Shown: positions 1 through 13,846 of the stretch, piece after piece | How the letters are laid out: each line of letters opens with the position of its first letter | How positions within the stretch are numbered: the stretch's first letter is position 1 | NCBI GenBank assembly: GCA_964016885.1 | Contig: OZ024750.1 | Span: forward strand, 53,816,001-53,880,000 | DNA length: 64,000 nt | Reading direction: 5' to 3' | From: Eledone cirrhosa | Taxonomy: Eukaryota | Program-made: the position numbers and the translations under genes | The notes under the pieces: model-generated | Seen by the model: only the letters and a program-made list of their open reading frames with translations | Database searches by the model: none | Told to the model about the DNA's origin: nothing

Positions 1-160
1 CCACCGCCACTGGTACTCCCCCACCACCACAGCCACTGGTACTCCACCACCACCGCCACTGTTACTCCCCCACCACCGCCAGCAGTACTGGTACTCCCCC
101 ACCACCACAAGCAGTACTGGTACTCCCCCACCACCACCGCCACTGGTACTCCCCCACCAT
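1..160. repeat. Degenerate 25-30 bp C-rich minisatellite
   Basis: Units such as ccaccgccactggtactcccccacca. Confidence 0.75.
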
Positions 161-1156
161 CTCAGGTACTTAGTCAATTGCTTGCCTCACTTTTCAGTCA
201 TTAAACTGTGACCATGCTGGGGCACCACCTTAAACCTTTCTTTGCCATATTAATTTTTGGATTGGCAGTGTAAGTAGAGCGTCGGACACCATGCTTTGAT
301 GCATAGTTACGGCCCTTTACATTCTGAGTTCAAATCCCACCAAAGTTAGCTTTGCTTTTTACTGTTATGGGGTTGGTAAAATAAAGTACCAGTAATGCAC
401 TGGGCTGATTTAATTGACTTTCCCCTCTCCGCAAATTGGTGACCTTGTACCAAATGTAGAAACAATTATTACTTTGTTATTTTATTATATAAACTCTGCT
501 TTTCTTCACTCAAGACATTGTCAGAGGTCAGATACTCTTCCAGCTCACTATACTCTCAGTTTGAGGTCAATAAATAAAGTACCAGTTCAATCCTTGATTG
601 TCCCCCTCTCTCTTTCTCAGCTGTCATGGGGAGAGATGTACTCCCAAGGCTCCAATAGTTTATAATAGGCCACAACCTTGCCCCTATCACTTCAGCAGGA
701 GTTGACTTCTCTTTCATACTCTTCAGTTTTTACCAGTCAATTCACTGTCCTCTACTTCTCTACAGGGAAATAAGGAGTTCTGCTCTTTTCCTTTTTTGTA
801 TTCTTCATTTATTACCACTCTTTAAAAAATCTTTTGATATTAAAGCACCAGAAACTACCCCAATTTATACAATACAAAGCTGTTTATTTTAAAGTGTTCA
901 TGTGTATTAAAAAAATCTTCCATTGTAATTTTATGTAAAAATCTTTGATCTGTTCGGAACACCTTAAGGACAAAGTTATACTAAATCTCTCCAAATTCTC
1001 AATTTTTTTCAGAATCATTTCAAAATTCTTGGCAGTGTATTTCATTAGAAATATAGTAATAAAAAGCTTAGACTTTTCCCCCAGTTCTTCAGCATCATAT
1101 CACCATCTTCTGAGTTGACAAACAAGTTTTATGGAACATCAAATTTTTTCATTTAA

Positions 1157-1366
1157 CCCTTTTATTACCATATAGCTATGATTTTCAAAATCATTCATAA
1201 AATAATCAATTGGATTCATCTTTCTCATTATTAAGCTGGTACTTGGAACACAGATTCTTACGGATAATTATGATGGACTACTTTTGGATAAATATAAACA
1301 ATTTGAAATAAACAGTTTTGTATGATAGAACCAGGGCTGGTTTCAGGCAGTTTGGTATCAAAAGGG
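1157..1366. mobile_element. piggyBac-type MITE; related copies at about 19220-19468, 45008-45265 and 58560-59030
   Basis: TTAA|CCCTTTTA..ACCA ... TGGTATCAAAAGGG|TTAA. Confidence 0.7.
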
Positions 1367-3154
1367 TTAATGAATAAAGTTTAAGAAGGATTTTTTTTTA
1401 GATCATCGATTTCCTTTATTTGATCAATCTGAAACTCGTCTGTTCCTGTTGATTATTTAACGGCTTCTGTTGTTTTTGCATAATTTTAGGTAAGATACAA
1501 AAATAGATTTTCATTCTTAGTTGAATTCTTCAACACCACTCTGCTCCATGTTATCTTCACTGTTAAATATATATCTAGAACAAGTTTTCTTGAGTTAATG
1601 AATCTGTAACCCATGTGTTATTCATGTAATTACTTTATCCACTGCTATTTACTGTTGTTACTGTTCCCTAATTTTACTAATAGACTTTATTTCCTCAGTT
1701 CAGTTCATCAACAGCGTGATCTTCCCTGTCACAAAAGGAATTTTCCATAACATCAACTTTGTTTAATGAATCCTAGCTAGAAATCATGTGTTCTTATACA
1801 AGCTGAGCTCCCTGTTTTGCCTGAGAAATGGGCAAAAATCCAAACCAGATTTATAAGCCAAGGCAACTAATCAACACATAAATATTGACACTAAATATAA
1901 GCTAATCTCCTGTTTTAACATTGATCTTTTAGTCACATATTCCTTGGCTTATAATTGAGTGTACTTCTATTGCTGCTGCTTAGAGATACAGCCTTCAGTC
2001 CCCAGTTCTTCAAAAACCATCTTCAATACAGGATTTTAAGATTGAAAAAGAAAACGTTTCCGATGTATCAACTTGATTCAATGAATCTAGAGTTCATATG
2101 TCCTTAATCATTTAACTTTTCAATATTTTTAGAGATATAGTTTGATTTCCAGTGAAAAGCACCTCACTCTTACTGATATAGTTTGATTTCCAGTGAAATT
2201 CTTCAACACCTCACTCTTACTGATAAATAATCTTCAGAGACAATTATGAGAAGTTTAGTGAAATAATTAACTTTCTACTTAATAATATACAACAAATATT
2301 TAACTAATGAAATCTATTATTATTATTATTTGTCATATAATAATGAGATTTCATTCAAAGCTTGGTGTTTATCTCTTTAACATCTTATAATGGTTTAGCA
2401 GAAAATATCTAAAAATGGGTATGCCAATTCAAATGTTTGTAGTATCTTTACTAGTGGATAAATCATTGAAATTGTGTAATATTAGAGTAAAGACTTCACT
2501 TTTTAATGTGATGCAGCCGTAATTCTGTTTTATCTTTTTTTGAAGACTATCTTTGTTAATGCAGTTTGATGCGGTACAGGACATTAAGAGTTAATGAATC
2601 CCATATCTATCTGTTCTTGCTGTTTCATTAAACTACTTGTGTTCAGTTTCAACATTCCAGCTTTATCCTTCGCTGTCACTACTATTGCAAATGCTGATAT
2701 TTTTTTCTTCTTTTCTAGGTTCATGGCACCCTTCCATTGCCATCCTCCTCCACCTCCTTATTTCTTTTTTTAGAAACACCACCACCATACCACCTGGTCA
2801 TGGTGTTGGCCTACTTTCTTTCATTGCCACAGTCTCTCTACATCACAACTAACATGTCTATCTTATATCTTTATCAACTTACTGTATACATCATGTAGCT
2901 TATTCACACATATATTCTTCATGCCACACATATATATTGTTAAAGACACAGCTATGTTTAAGTTTTCATTTTTTTCAGCAGGTTTCTCTCATTTTCTTTT
3001 ATAAGTCTTTTGCAGTTCATTCAGAATGACAAACTTCCCAAATACATTCATTTAATCAACATTTCTCAACTTTCTCAGTCTCATAATCTAATTTAAAAAA
3101 AAAAAAAGCTCTTCAAACTCATAGTTGTGTCATTAACAATACATAGTCTGGCCC

Positions 3155-3223
<69 letters not shown>

Positions 3224-3664
3224 TTTCAATTAGAAGTGACATCTTGATGATTTCACTGCCAAATGAAATAGAACTTGTTCTGTAGACGTTATATAAAATA
3301 GAGGTGTACCTTCTCTGTTAATGTATTGGGTACTTTGACAGTGGTCTCTTTCGACCCCAGGCCGTCGGAAAACACTCCTTATATATATATGTATATATGT
3401 GTGTATGTTTATATATATATAAGTATATGTGTGTGTGTGTATGTATATTTATGCATGTGTGTATATATATATATATGTGTGTATATATATATGTATATAT
3501 ATATATATGTATATATATGTATATCATCATCATCATCACCGTTTTGTATATATATGTGTATATATATATATATGTGTGTATATATATATATATATATTTA
3601 TATATGTATATATATATGTGTGTGTATGTATATATATATGTGTGTATATATATATATGTGTGTG

Positions 3665-3709
<45 letters not shown>

Positions 3710-3794
3710 ATATATATATATGTGTATATATATATATGTATATATATATGTGTGTGTGTATATATATATATGTATATATATATATATGTATATG

Positions 3795-3839
<45 letters not shown>

Positions 3840-3864
3840 GTATATATATATATATGTATATATG

Positions 3865-3897
<33 letters not shown>

Positions 3898-3903
3898 GTA
3901 TGA

Positions 3904-3940
<37 letters not shown>

Positions 3941-3958
3941 TATGTATATATATATATG

Positions 3959-4029
<71 letters not shown>

Positions 4030-4042
4030 ATGTATATATATA

Positions 4043-4075
<33 letters not shown>

Positions 4076-4133
4076 ATGTATATATATATGTATATATGTA
4101 TATATATATATGTATGTACATATATGTACACAT

Positions 4134-4167
<34 letters not shown>

Positions 4168-4180
4168 AGTTTTAATATAG

Positions 4181-4237
4181 ATGGGATTCTACAGGACTAG
4201 AACTGTTTCATTCATTAGAAATCATCAGGAATCTCAT
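4181..4237 (-). ncRNA. Type-I hammerhead ribozyme motif, canonical core
   Basis: Minus strand: ATGAGATTC-CTGATGA-TTTC taat GAAT-GAAAC-AG ttctagtc CT-GTA-GAATCCCAT; stem I 8/9 bp, stem III present, GUA triplet. Confidence 0.75.
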
Positions 4238-4460
4238 ATATATATATATGAATATATATGTGTATGTATATGTATATATATTTATAATTATATATATATG
4301 AATAAATTTATATATGTATATATATATATATATGTGTGTGTATATATGTATATATTTATATGTGTGTATATATGTATATTTATATATGTATATATATGTA
4401 TATATATATGTATATCTATATATGTATATATATATATATATGTGTATATATATGTATATA

Positions 4461-4540
<80 letters not shown>

Positions 4541-4622
4541 TGTGTGTGTGTGTGTATATATATATATGTGTGTGTGTGTGTGTATATATATATATGTGTG
4601 TGTGTGTGTATATATATATATA

Positions 4623-4697
<75 letters not shown>

Positions 4698-4698
4698 G

Positions 4699-4759
<61 letters not shown>

Positions 4760-4780
4760 GTGTATATATATATATATGTG

Positions 4781-4858
<78 letters not shown>

Positions 4859-5341
4859 TGTGTATATATGTATATGTGTATATATATATGTGTGCATATA
4901 TGTATATATATGTGTGTGTATATATATATGTGTGCATATATGTATATATATGTGTGTATATATATATATGTGTGCATATATGTATATATATGTGTGTGTA
5001 TATATGTATATGTGTATATATATATGTGTGTGTGTATATATATGTGTGTATATATGTATATGTGTATATATGTATATGTGTATATATATATGTGTGTATA
5101 TATGTATATGTGTATATATATATATGTGTGCATATATGTATATATATATGTGTGTATTTATGTATATATATATGTGTGTATGTATATATATATGTGTATT
5201 CACATATGTGTATACATATGTGTATTCACATATGTATATATGTGTATATATATGAGCGTGTATGTATGTACATATGTATATATTTATGTATATATATATG
5301 TATATGTATGTATATATATCTATGTATATATATATATCTAT

Positions 5342-5745
5342 CTAAGGCGGGTAAAATTCCGGAGATCCATGGACGAGTTCTCTCCAGCGGTCTCTGTCCC
5401 TCATTATCGCTGCCATGTCCTGCGTCTCCAACAGACCAGTGTCTGTCCTTAGTGCATCAACATACGTTAACCTTGGTCTTCCTCTTCTAGTGTGTCCATG
5501 TAGGGGCTCCCAAAGGAGTACTGAGTGCAATGTCAACTCTGGATGTCGGGGATATATATGTCCAGCTAACCTCAGTCTCCTCTGTGTCAATTTTGAACTG
5601 ACTTTTGGGAGGCTCCCATACAGCTCTGAGTTTTTCATCCTCAGTGTATACTGATTAATGTTCAGAGCCATCCTCAACATTCTCGTGTAGCACCTATCCA
5701 CCATCTCAGTGAGTTTCTTGGTCAATGTCCAAGTCTCAGACCCAG
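5342..5745 (-). mobile_element. RTE-type LINE 3' fragment
   Basis: GSETWTL...YTRMLRMALNI...RRLRLAGH...RGRPRLT. Confidence 0.85.
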
Positions 5746-6314
5746 TATATATATATTTAACAGTCGATCGACTTTCATCAAATCGGACCGAAGAAACAAT
5801 GTTTCCATTGATCTTTCCAATTGCTAATACTATATATCGGTCGCAACTCCAGGTAGAAGGGGCAACGTGAAATAAAGTGTCTTGCTCAAGGACATAGCAC
5901 ATCGCCCGGTCAGGTAATCGAACTCACAACCCCAAGATTGTGAATTCAATTCTCTAACCACTCAGCCACGCGCCTCCATATATATATATATATATATATG
6001 TATATGTATGTGTATATATATGTATGTATATATATATGTATATATATATAATATATGTATGTATATGTATGTGTAAATATGTATGTATGTATATATATAT
6101 GTATGTATATATATATGTATGTATGTATGTATGTGTGTCAATAATTGTCACAAGTGTAGTGTTTGTACCAGAGTTTTCAAGTCACTGGCTGGACTAAAAA
6201 GTCACACTTGTTTAGCGCATCGGTAGGGGTTCTCCTACATGGATATAAAGTGGTGGCCGTACTCGAAAACGAGTTGGCAGCCACCATGTATGTATATATG
6301 TATATGTATGTATG

Positions 6315-6395
<81 letters not shown>

Positions 6396-6650
6396 ATGTA
6401 TGTATGTATATGTATGTGTATATATATATGTATATATGTATGTATGTATATGTATGTGTATATATATATGTATATATATATATATGTATATATATATATG
6501 TATATATATATATGTATATATATATATGTATGTATATATATATATGTATGTATATGTATATATATGTATATGTATGTATATGTATATATATGTATGTATA
6601 TGTATATATATATATATGTATATGTATGTATATATATATATGTATGTATG

Positions 6651-6684
<34 letters not shown>

Positions 6685-6702
6685 AATATATGTATGTATA
6701 TG

Positions 6703-6734
<32 letters not shown>

Positions 6735-6790
6735 TGTATGTATATATATATGTATGTATATATATATATATGTATATATATATATGTATG

Positions 6791-6825
<35 letters not shown>

Positions 6826-7072
6826 GTATGTATATATATATGTATGTATATATATATATGTATATATATATATGTATGTATATATATATATGTATATATA
6901 TGTATATATATATATGTATATATATATATGTATGTATATATATATATATGTATATATATATGTATGTATATATATATATATGTATATATATATGTATGTA
7001 TATATATATATATGTATGTATGTAAATATATATGTATGTATGTATGTAAATATATATGTATATATATATATG

Positions 7073-7122
<50 letters not shown>

Positions 7123-7146
7123 AATATGTATATATATATATATAAA

Positions 7147-7212
<66 letters not shown>

Positions 7213-7553
7213 TATACGTGTTTTGCAACGGGTCACTTTGTGGCTCAATGAAAAGTTAATAAATTAAATAATCAGAGCTATATATCATAAAACATGTCTA
7301 TAGAATCACCAGATAAAATATATACCATTTCCTCTCCCAATTAGCATAATTAACTATATAAAAAATCGAATAGACCAGGCTATAAGAATAAGGCTTCTAT
7401 GAAGAAATCTCCAACAAATAACCGAAACTAGCCCTTCGCGTCGGCTCCGACGGAATATTTATCGAATATTTCAACAGCGTAATCGCCCAGATACAGTCAA
7501 TTAAACAGAATTAGGTGTAAAATAAACTAGGAGAAAAGAGAATACATTTATTT

Positions 7554-7630
7554 ACCTCTACCATGGTTTCGTCCTCATTTTGAGATTTCCAATATCTTCG
7601 GAAATTCGAGCATCGGACTCTTCAGGAGTT
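7554..7630 (-). ncRNA. Minimal type-I hammerhead motif, canonical core
   Basis: Minus strand: AACTC-CTGAAGA-GTCC...GGAC-GAAAC-CATG-GTA-GAGGT followed by AATAAA; palindromic stem-III loop. Confidence 0.8.
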
Positions 7631-7921
7631 TGCTCTAATCTAGACAATAAATTTTCCAAAGTGATCGCGCCAAGAATACATTCAAAAGTGGCTAAGAATC
7701 GTGTCAATCTTCTCTCTCCTTTTATATTTTTTTGTTATATGTTGAATGGACACTTTCTTGTTCACAAGTGTTTTTAGGCATCATATCATGATACCTTATT
7801 TCATCTGATGAGAACGCAACTATCGCCCCAGGATGATATTTGATTTTGAACTGCGCATAATAAAATATATGGAACTTTTTTAACCATCTTTTAATTTCTT
7901 CTATATATGTACATATATATA

Positions 7922-7964
<43 letters not shown>

Positions 7965-8096
7965 ATATATATATGTGTATATATATATGTGTATATATGT
8001 ATATATATATATATGTATATATATGTATATATATATATATGTATATATATGTATATGTATATAAATGTGTGTATATATGTATGTATGTATATATAT

Positions 8097-8647
8097 GTGC
8101 TACTGGTAACATGTATCCCAGTACAACCTGTCTCATGGTCGGGTCGTTGGCGACTAAACTGGCAACCCACCAAGGTTTCTTGGTGAGGAGGGTGACTTTG
8201 GACATCCTGCAGGACTAAAAACAAAACCTGTCAAAGGGCAAAGGAGCTCTTAAGAGTCAATGGCCATCCAAAATCACCAGGAGAGATGACCCCTTAGCCT
8301 TTGTCAAGGCAGAATTCTAGGAGAAGGAAAACTCTGATATAACACCTGCAACTCTGATGGTATCCAATGATGTTGACTTGTTCTTCTTTTTGGTAAATAT
8401 CATCTTGGTTAAGAGAGTGGGACTGGCAGGCATTGCTTTATATCTGGAGATCTCTCTGCACTTGTCGTCACATGGTACCAAGGGCGCAGCACTATTTGTC
8501 AATAATTATCACAAGTGTAGTGTTTGTACCAGAGTTTTCAAGTCGCTGGCTTGACTAAAAAGTCACACTCGTTCAGCGCATCGGTAGGGGTTCTCCTACA
8601 TGGATATAAAGTAGTGGCCGTACTCGAAAACGAGTTGGCAGCCACCA
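8097..8647. mobile_element. Unclassified interspersed repeat; partial copies at about 6140-6288 and 35245-35525
   Basis: Shared sequence ending ggccgtactcgaaaacgagttggcagccacc; contains ctaggagaaggaaaactctga, typical of RTE 5' UTRs. Confidence 0.55.
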
Positions 8648-8947
8648 TATATGTATATATATATATGTGTATATGCATGTATATATATATATGTATGTAT
8701 GGATGGATGTATGTATGTATGTATATGCGTATATGTATATATATATATATATGTGTGTGTATATATATATGTATGTGTATACATATGTATATGCGAGCAA
8801 GACAACCACTCTTGCCTCAAGTGGGAAAACTCCCGTCCAAACCCATGCAAGCGTGGAACATGGACGTTAAACGATGATGATGATGATGATATATATATTT
8901 GTGTGTATATATATATATATATGTGTGTATATATATATATATATGTG

Positions 8948-8997
<50 letters not shown>

Positions 8998-9031
8998 TAT
9001 ATGTTTGTGTATATACACAAACATATGTGTG

Positions 9032-9067
<36 letters not shown>

Positions 9068-9105
9068 TACACACACATATGTTTGTGTATATACACAAAC
9101 ATATG

Positions 9106-9190
<85 letters not shown>

Positions 9191-9747
9191 GTTTGTGTAT
9201 ATATATGCTTCAGCATTCAGTAATGTTAAGAAGGGAGGTAGAATAAAAGGTAGATAAAAGCCAGACTGACTGTCTTACATTAGGTATTGGTGGCAACCAT
9301 CACCTATGAATCTTGGGTAATACTCCTTTGGAAAACAAGCGGCCGACATGGGATTCCTCCGAGTAACATTACTCTATAAAGTGTGGAGCTCAGAGATGAG
9401 GGAGTCACGCCAGGTAGAGCTACTACATCTACAAATTGAGAGGTCACATCTCTGATATTACAGACATGTGGTTAAAGTGTCTCAAGAAAGAATCACTGGA
9501 CACATTTTACGGACAAAACCAACAGGAAGGAGACCCTGGGGAAGGCTCCGAGCTTGGCTGGTTACGCTTAAAGATCCAGCCGGATCAGTTGGAAACATTG
9601 CTTCTGACATGACCTGCTGGAAGAAGGAGTGTTTCACAACTCTGCCTTCACAACCCTCTCAGCTATAAGTGGGTGAAGAAGAAGATATATGTATATATAA
9701 ATATATATATGTATGTGTGTATATTTATATATATATGTATGTGTGTA

Positions 9748-9785
<38 letters not shown>

Positions 9786-10219
9786 CTTCAAGCTTGTTAG
9801 GTTTCGGCCAGTATTGGCCCAGGCCATGTCTAATAATATTATATATTATTATGGCGGTGGATTGGCAGTATCGGTAGAGGGTCGGACGCCATGCTTTGAC
9901 GCATGAAGTTACGGCCCTTTCCATTCTGAGTTCAAATCCCGCCGATGTTAATTTTGCCTTTCATCCTTACAGGGTCGATAAAATAAAGTACCAGTAATGT
10001 ACTGAGTAATTGCTGACCTTGTGCCAATAGTAGAAACAATTATATATATATTATATATACATATGTAATATTATATTATATATATATATGTATGTGTGTG
10101 TGTGTGGGAAACACATCATATATATATATATATACACACACACATAGCATTATAGATATCTAGGTATGATAGTATGATACGTAACTAACAACTATGTGAA
10201 CCATTTGCTCCTGTTCTAG

Positions 10220-10324
10220 GCCTCAACACTTTCTCTGAAGGCACCGACAGACGGTGCTGTTCCCACAGCAGCTAGTGCTGTCGACTTGGCTACAGCACTA
10301 GAAAACATTGTCAAACAGAAAATG
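10220..10324 (+). CDS. Trio/Kalirin-family RhoGEF, linker exon before GEF2 (ASTLSLKAPTDGAVPTAASAVDLATALENIVKQKM)
   Basis: ttctAG acceptor, GTAAGT donor, 105 nt, phase 0/0. The C-terminal LATALENIVKQKM resembles the Trio LVSAIEELVKSKM segment preceding DH2 (recalled, not aligned). Confidence 0.85.
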
Positions 10325-11815
10325 GTAAGTATAGCACCGCCAGATACTCCACCTCATCATTGTCACTGATCTTTTCGTAGTCTCTCTTGTTTTTGTTGTT
10401 GATTGAATACGACAAACTTTTTGGCTTGTCTCTCTTACCACCCCGCCCCCTCCTCGCATGTTCCCAATATTTGGCGTTTCTGTGTTTTCCATACACCTAC
10501 ATACAGACCTGTGTATGGCTGTGTATTTACATACACACCAAAGTATATAAATACACACAACACACACACATTTATTTAGTATTTCCTGTTTTTTTGTTTT
10601 TATTTCATTTATATTTTTTTTGTTTTTCAGCATAGTTTTATTTTTATTTTTAATAATTATTGTTGCTTTTATTATTAGTAAAATTTTATTTTTTAAAAAT
10701 TTACTTTGGTTTTCTTTTTAATATTTTTTCCTTTGTTTTAATTTTGTGTGAAAACTAAATATTTTATTTGTTGTTGTTGTTGTGGATATTAATGATATTG
10801 TTGCTGATGTTCTTGTTGTATTGCATGCAGGATTTTCACTCACTTTTAATTCTTTATATCCTATAATATGACTGCAGTGAAAATATAATTTAATATTTTG
10901 TCACCGGTCAATTGACCTTCACCTCTCCCAACATTGCTGGCCTTGTGCCTAAATCAGAAACCATTATTATTATTAATGTTATTATTGCTATTAATATTGT
11001 TAAAACATTTAGCTATATGTTTTCTTTAAACATTATCATTTATTTCTTATCTCAGCTGCTGTACACCTTTAAACCCTCAACTTTTTTTCCAAGGATTTAA
11101 TTTATTTAAATGGATTTTTCGCTACCCTTCCCCCCTTCACCTTTCCAGATCGTTATACTACAAAGAATATCAAAAGATAAAAATATTTATATTTAGAGGA
11201 CATACCTAGTCTGTGTTATGTTTATATTTAGAGAACATACCTAGTCTGTGTGTTTACAGCACAATAGTTGAGAATATAACATATTATGGACCGTCAGTTC
11301 AACGAACCAAATGTTGCGTTATAGCAAGCATGTCTTCCCAAATTTAGTACTTCCTTGTGGCTATATATTTAACATTATATTTTTATTATTCACAGTTGTA
11401 TATTACAAATCCTTACAGAATGAAAATATAAACACATTAAAAAATACAACTAATTACTTCTAAGAACCTGAAAGCTCCTTAAACTGTCATGAGACTTGAT
11501 TTATCAAAACTGGAACATGTATTTTATAGGTGATCCTCTTTTGGATTTCTCATGAAAAAATTGTTTTTTTTACTAATTTTGAAAATAACCAAGAATTTTT
11601 TTTGTGAGGTAGGGTAGTAATATAACTAATTTGCTCATTGTTCAGCTAGTGTTTGGAACATAACTTAACAAAGGTTCTTAGGGAGAATTATGATAGGTTT
11701 TCAGATAAATATACTTTCAAACAAACAATTTTGTATAGTAGAACCAGGGGAGGTTCCAGGTAGTTTCATATTTAAAACAATAAATGAAACAAAAATTGTT
11801 CTATAGAGATATATT

Positions 11816-11877
<62 letters not shown>

Positions 11878-12800
11878 AAAATCATTTAAAAGACACCTTT
11901 TATCTCATGGAACCACAGAATTTTAGGAAGCGACATTATGAATCACTGTAGAGATGATATCAACCACCATAACTTTTCAAGTCATGTACTTATTGATTTG
12001 TTTTTGTTGAACCTCCCAGTTATGGTGCACACACAAGTAAAAATACACACTCATAAACACACACAAGTAAAAATACACACTCATAAACACACACAAGTAA
12101 AAATACACACTCATAAACACACTTTTTTTTAAAGTTTTGACAAACTCTGCCCAGTTACAGGTAAAAAAGTAATACACACCCAAACAAGCATACATGCAGA
12201 CACTATAGTCTTTTCTAAAGTTTTTACAAAGTTTTAACTACCACACCTGTTTTCTACATCTATTTACCTATCTATTTATTTAGCACCTGTAAAAACTAAA
12301 AAAAGAAAATACCTCTCTATGTATTATTGTCAACAGCAAGATGTTTACTAACACACCCCTGATTATAATGTAGCACTAAATCTATAGAATAGTTAGTCTA
12401 CTTAGTTTAGAAGTACTCACTAATGAACACTATCTGACTTACTATCTCCACTTTTCTGACCTTCACCTTTCAGGTGTGTTTCAATGTTTAGGTGGAGACA
12501 CTGATATTATGTCATTAGAAGCAGGCATGAAATAATGTAACAAGCATTTTAATGCCATTTCTTTCATCCTTTTGAGATTCAGAACAATGTACCAGTCCAG
12601 TACTGGGTTGATTCTTCCTCTATATCTCTCTAATTCCCCCTCTCTCCCTCTTTGTAAGCCCCCTCTATGTAAGGAATCTGCAGTGTACACAGTTGGAGAG
12701 GAATGGACTCTGCCAGGTTTGTCCAAAACACAATATGTCATGACCAACCTCCTTTCAGACTCCATCAGGAGTTAGAGCTTTATACATACATACATTCTAG

Positions 12801-12854
<54 letters not shown>

Positions 12855-13197
12855 TAAAAATGTTTATCTTAATTATATTTAATACTCTTTCTCTCTCTCT
12901 CACACACACATATATAAATACACACACCCATATATACACCTTTCACTCTGTAGAAACAACTGTAGCTATATCCCTGCCACACTATACCAGGCTAGCTACA
13001 AGTTGTTCCACTCTATCTTCTCAACATAACACACCATTTTCTATAAATACAACAAGATTCTTTTCTTTCACCTTACCAAAAACATCTACACACACACACT
13101 TTCTGTACTTTTCTTACACACACACACACACACACTCACATATATATATATATAGATACATATTCATATATTTATATTAATATATATATATATATAT

Positions 13198-13527
13198 GGA
13201 GGCACATGGTTAGAACATTGTCCTTGCAATCGAAAGGTTGTGAGTTCAATTCTCAGACCGGGTGATGTGTTGTTTCCTTGAGCAAGACACTTTATTTCAC
13301 ATTGCTCCAGTTTACTCAGCTGTAGAAATGAGATGATAGGGACTGGGGTCCCTATCATTCCACTGCAAAGTGTCGTGGAGGTGCCACGGCAAAAAAGCAC
13401 CCAGCACTCACTGTAAATGAGGTTGGTGTTAGGAAGGGCATCCAGCTGTAGAAATCAAGCCAGAATCAGTTCCCGTCCCACCCTTGCAAGCAGGGAAAAG
13501 CGGACGTAAAATGATGATGATGATGAT
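13198..13527 (+). mobile_element. tRNA-derived CORE-type SINE with RTE-like (GAT)n tail; other copies at about 53837-54162 (+), 30950-31265 (-), 35040-35245 (+), 5830-5977 (-)
   Basis: tRNA head (tggttaga..gagttcaattctc); CORE-like ccttgagcaagacact..cagtttactcagctgtagaaatg. Confidence 0.82.
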
Positions 13528-13528
13528 A

Positions 13529-13577
<49 letters not shown>

Positions 13578-13806
13578 TGTATATAAAAACAACATTAGAA
13601 TTTGGTTTCTCGCATAACTGGTTACATAAATGTATTTATGAATTTGATATTGAATAATAGTAATAATATTTGATTGATTTACAACCTCGTACTATGTTTT
13701 TAGATGACCAGCATCATCCATTCTAGCAGTGGCATAGAGAAACAATCAATATATACTTTAGTAATTGTTGTATATTTTCACAATTCAAGCGAGTGGCAGA
13801 CATAGA

Positions 13807-13846
13807 TAGTGTTGACAAAGGGCAATAACCCTGAAACATGTCGACT
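13807..13846 (+). ncRNA. Minimal hammerhead motif, U3-A8 core variant
   Basis: tagtg-TTGACAA-AGGG caataa CCCT-GAAAC-AT-GTC-gactg; stem I imperfect. Confidence 0.6.

Larger units (their letters stand above)
3157..9205. repeat. Multiple long (TA)n/(TG)n compound microsatellites, interrupted by TE fragments
   Basis: Direct inspection; source of the YI/HT/CV ORFs. Confidence 0.95.

Noticed and set aside
1-165. Pro-rich open frame ending at CAG|GTACTT as an upstream exon
   Set aside because: Repeat units rotate through reading frames and the donor is weak; better explained as a minisatellite
5782-5808. GGA-CCGAAGA-AAC-AAT-GTT-TCC as a stem-II-deleted HHR
   Set aside because: Too short to distinguish from chance
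3318-9257. Many YI/HT/CV-rich ORFs
   Set aside because: (TA)n/(TG)n microsatellite translations
12572-12775. 67-aa ORF or extra exon in the long intron
   Set aside because: No homology recognised, and the plausible donor (CCAG|GTTTGT) gives phase 1, incompatible with the phase-0 exon at 24181
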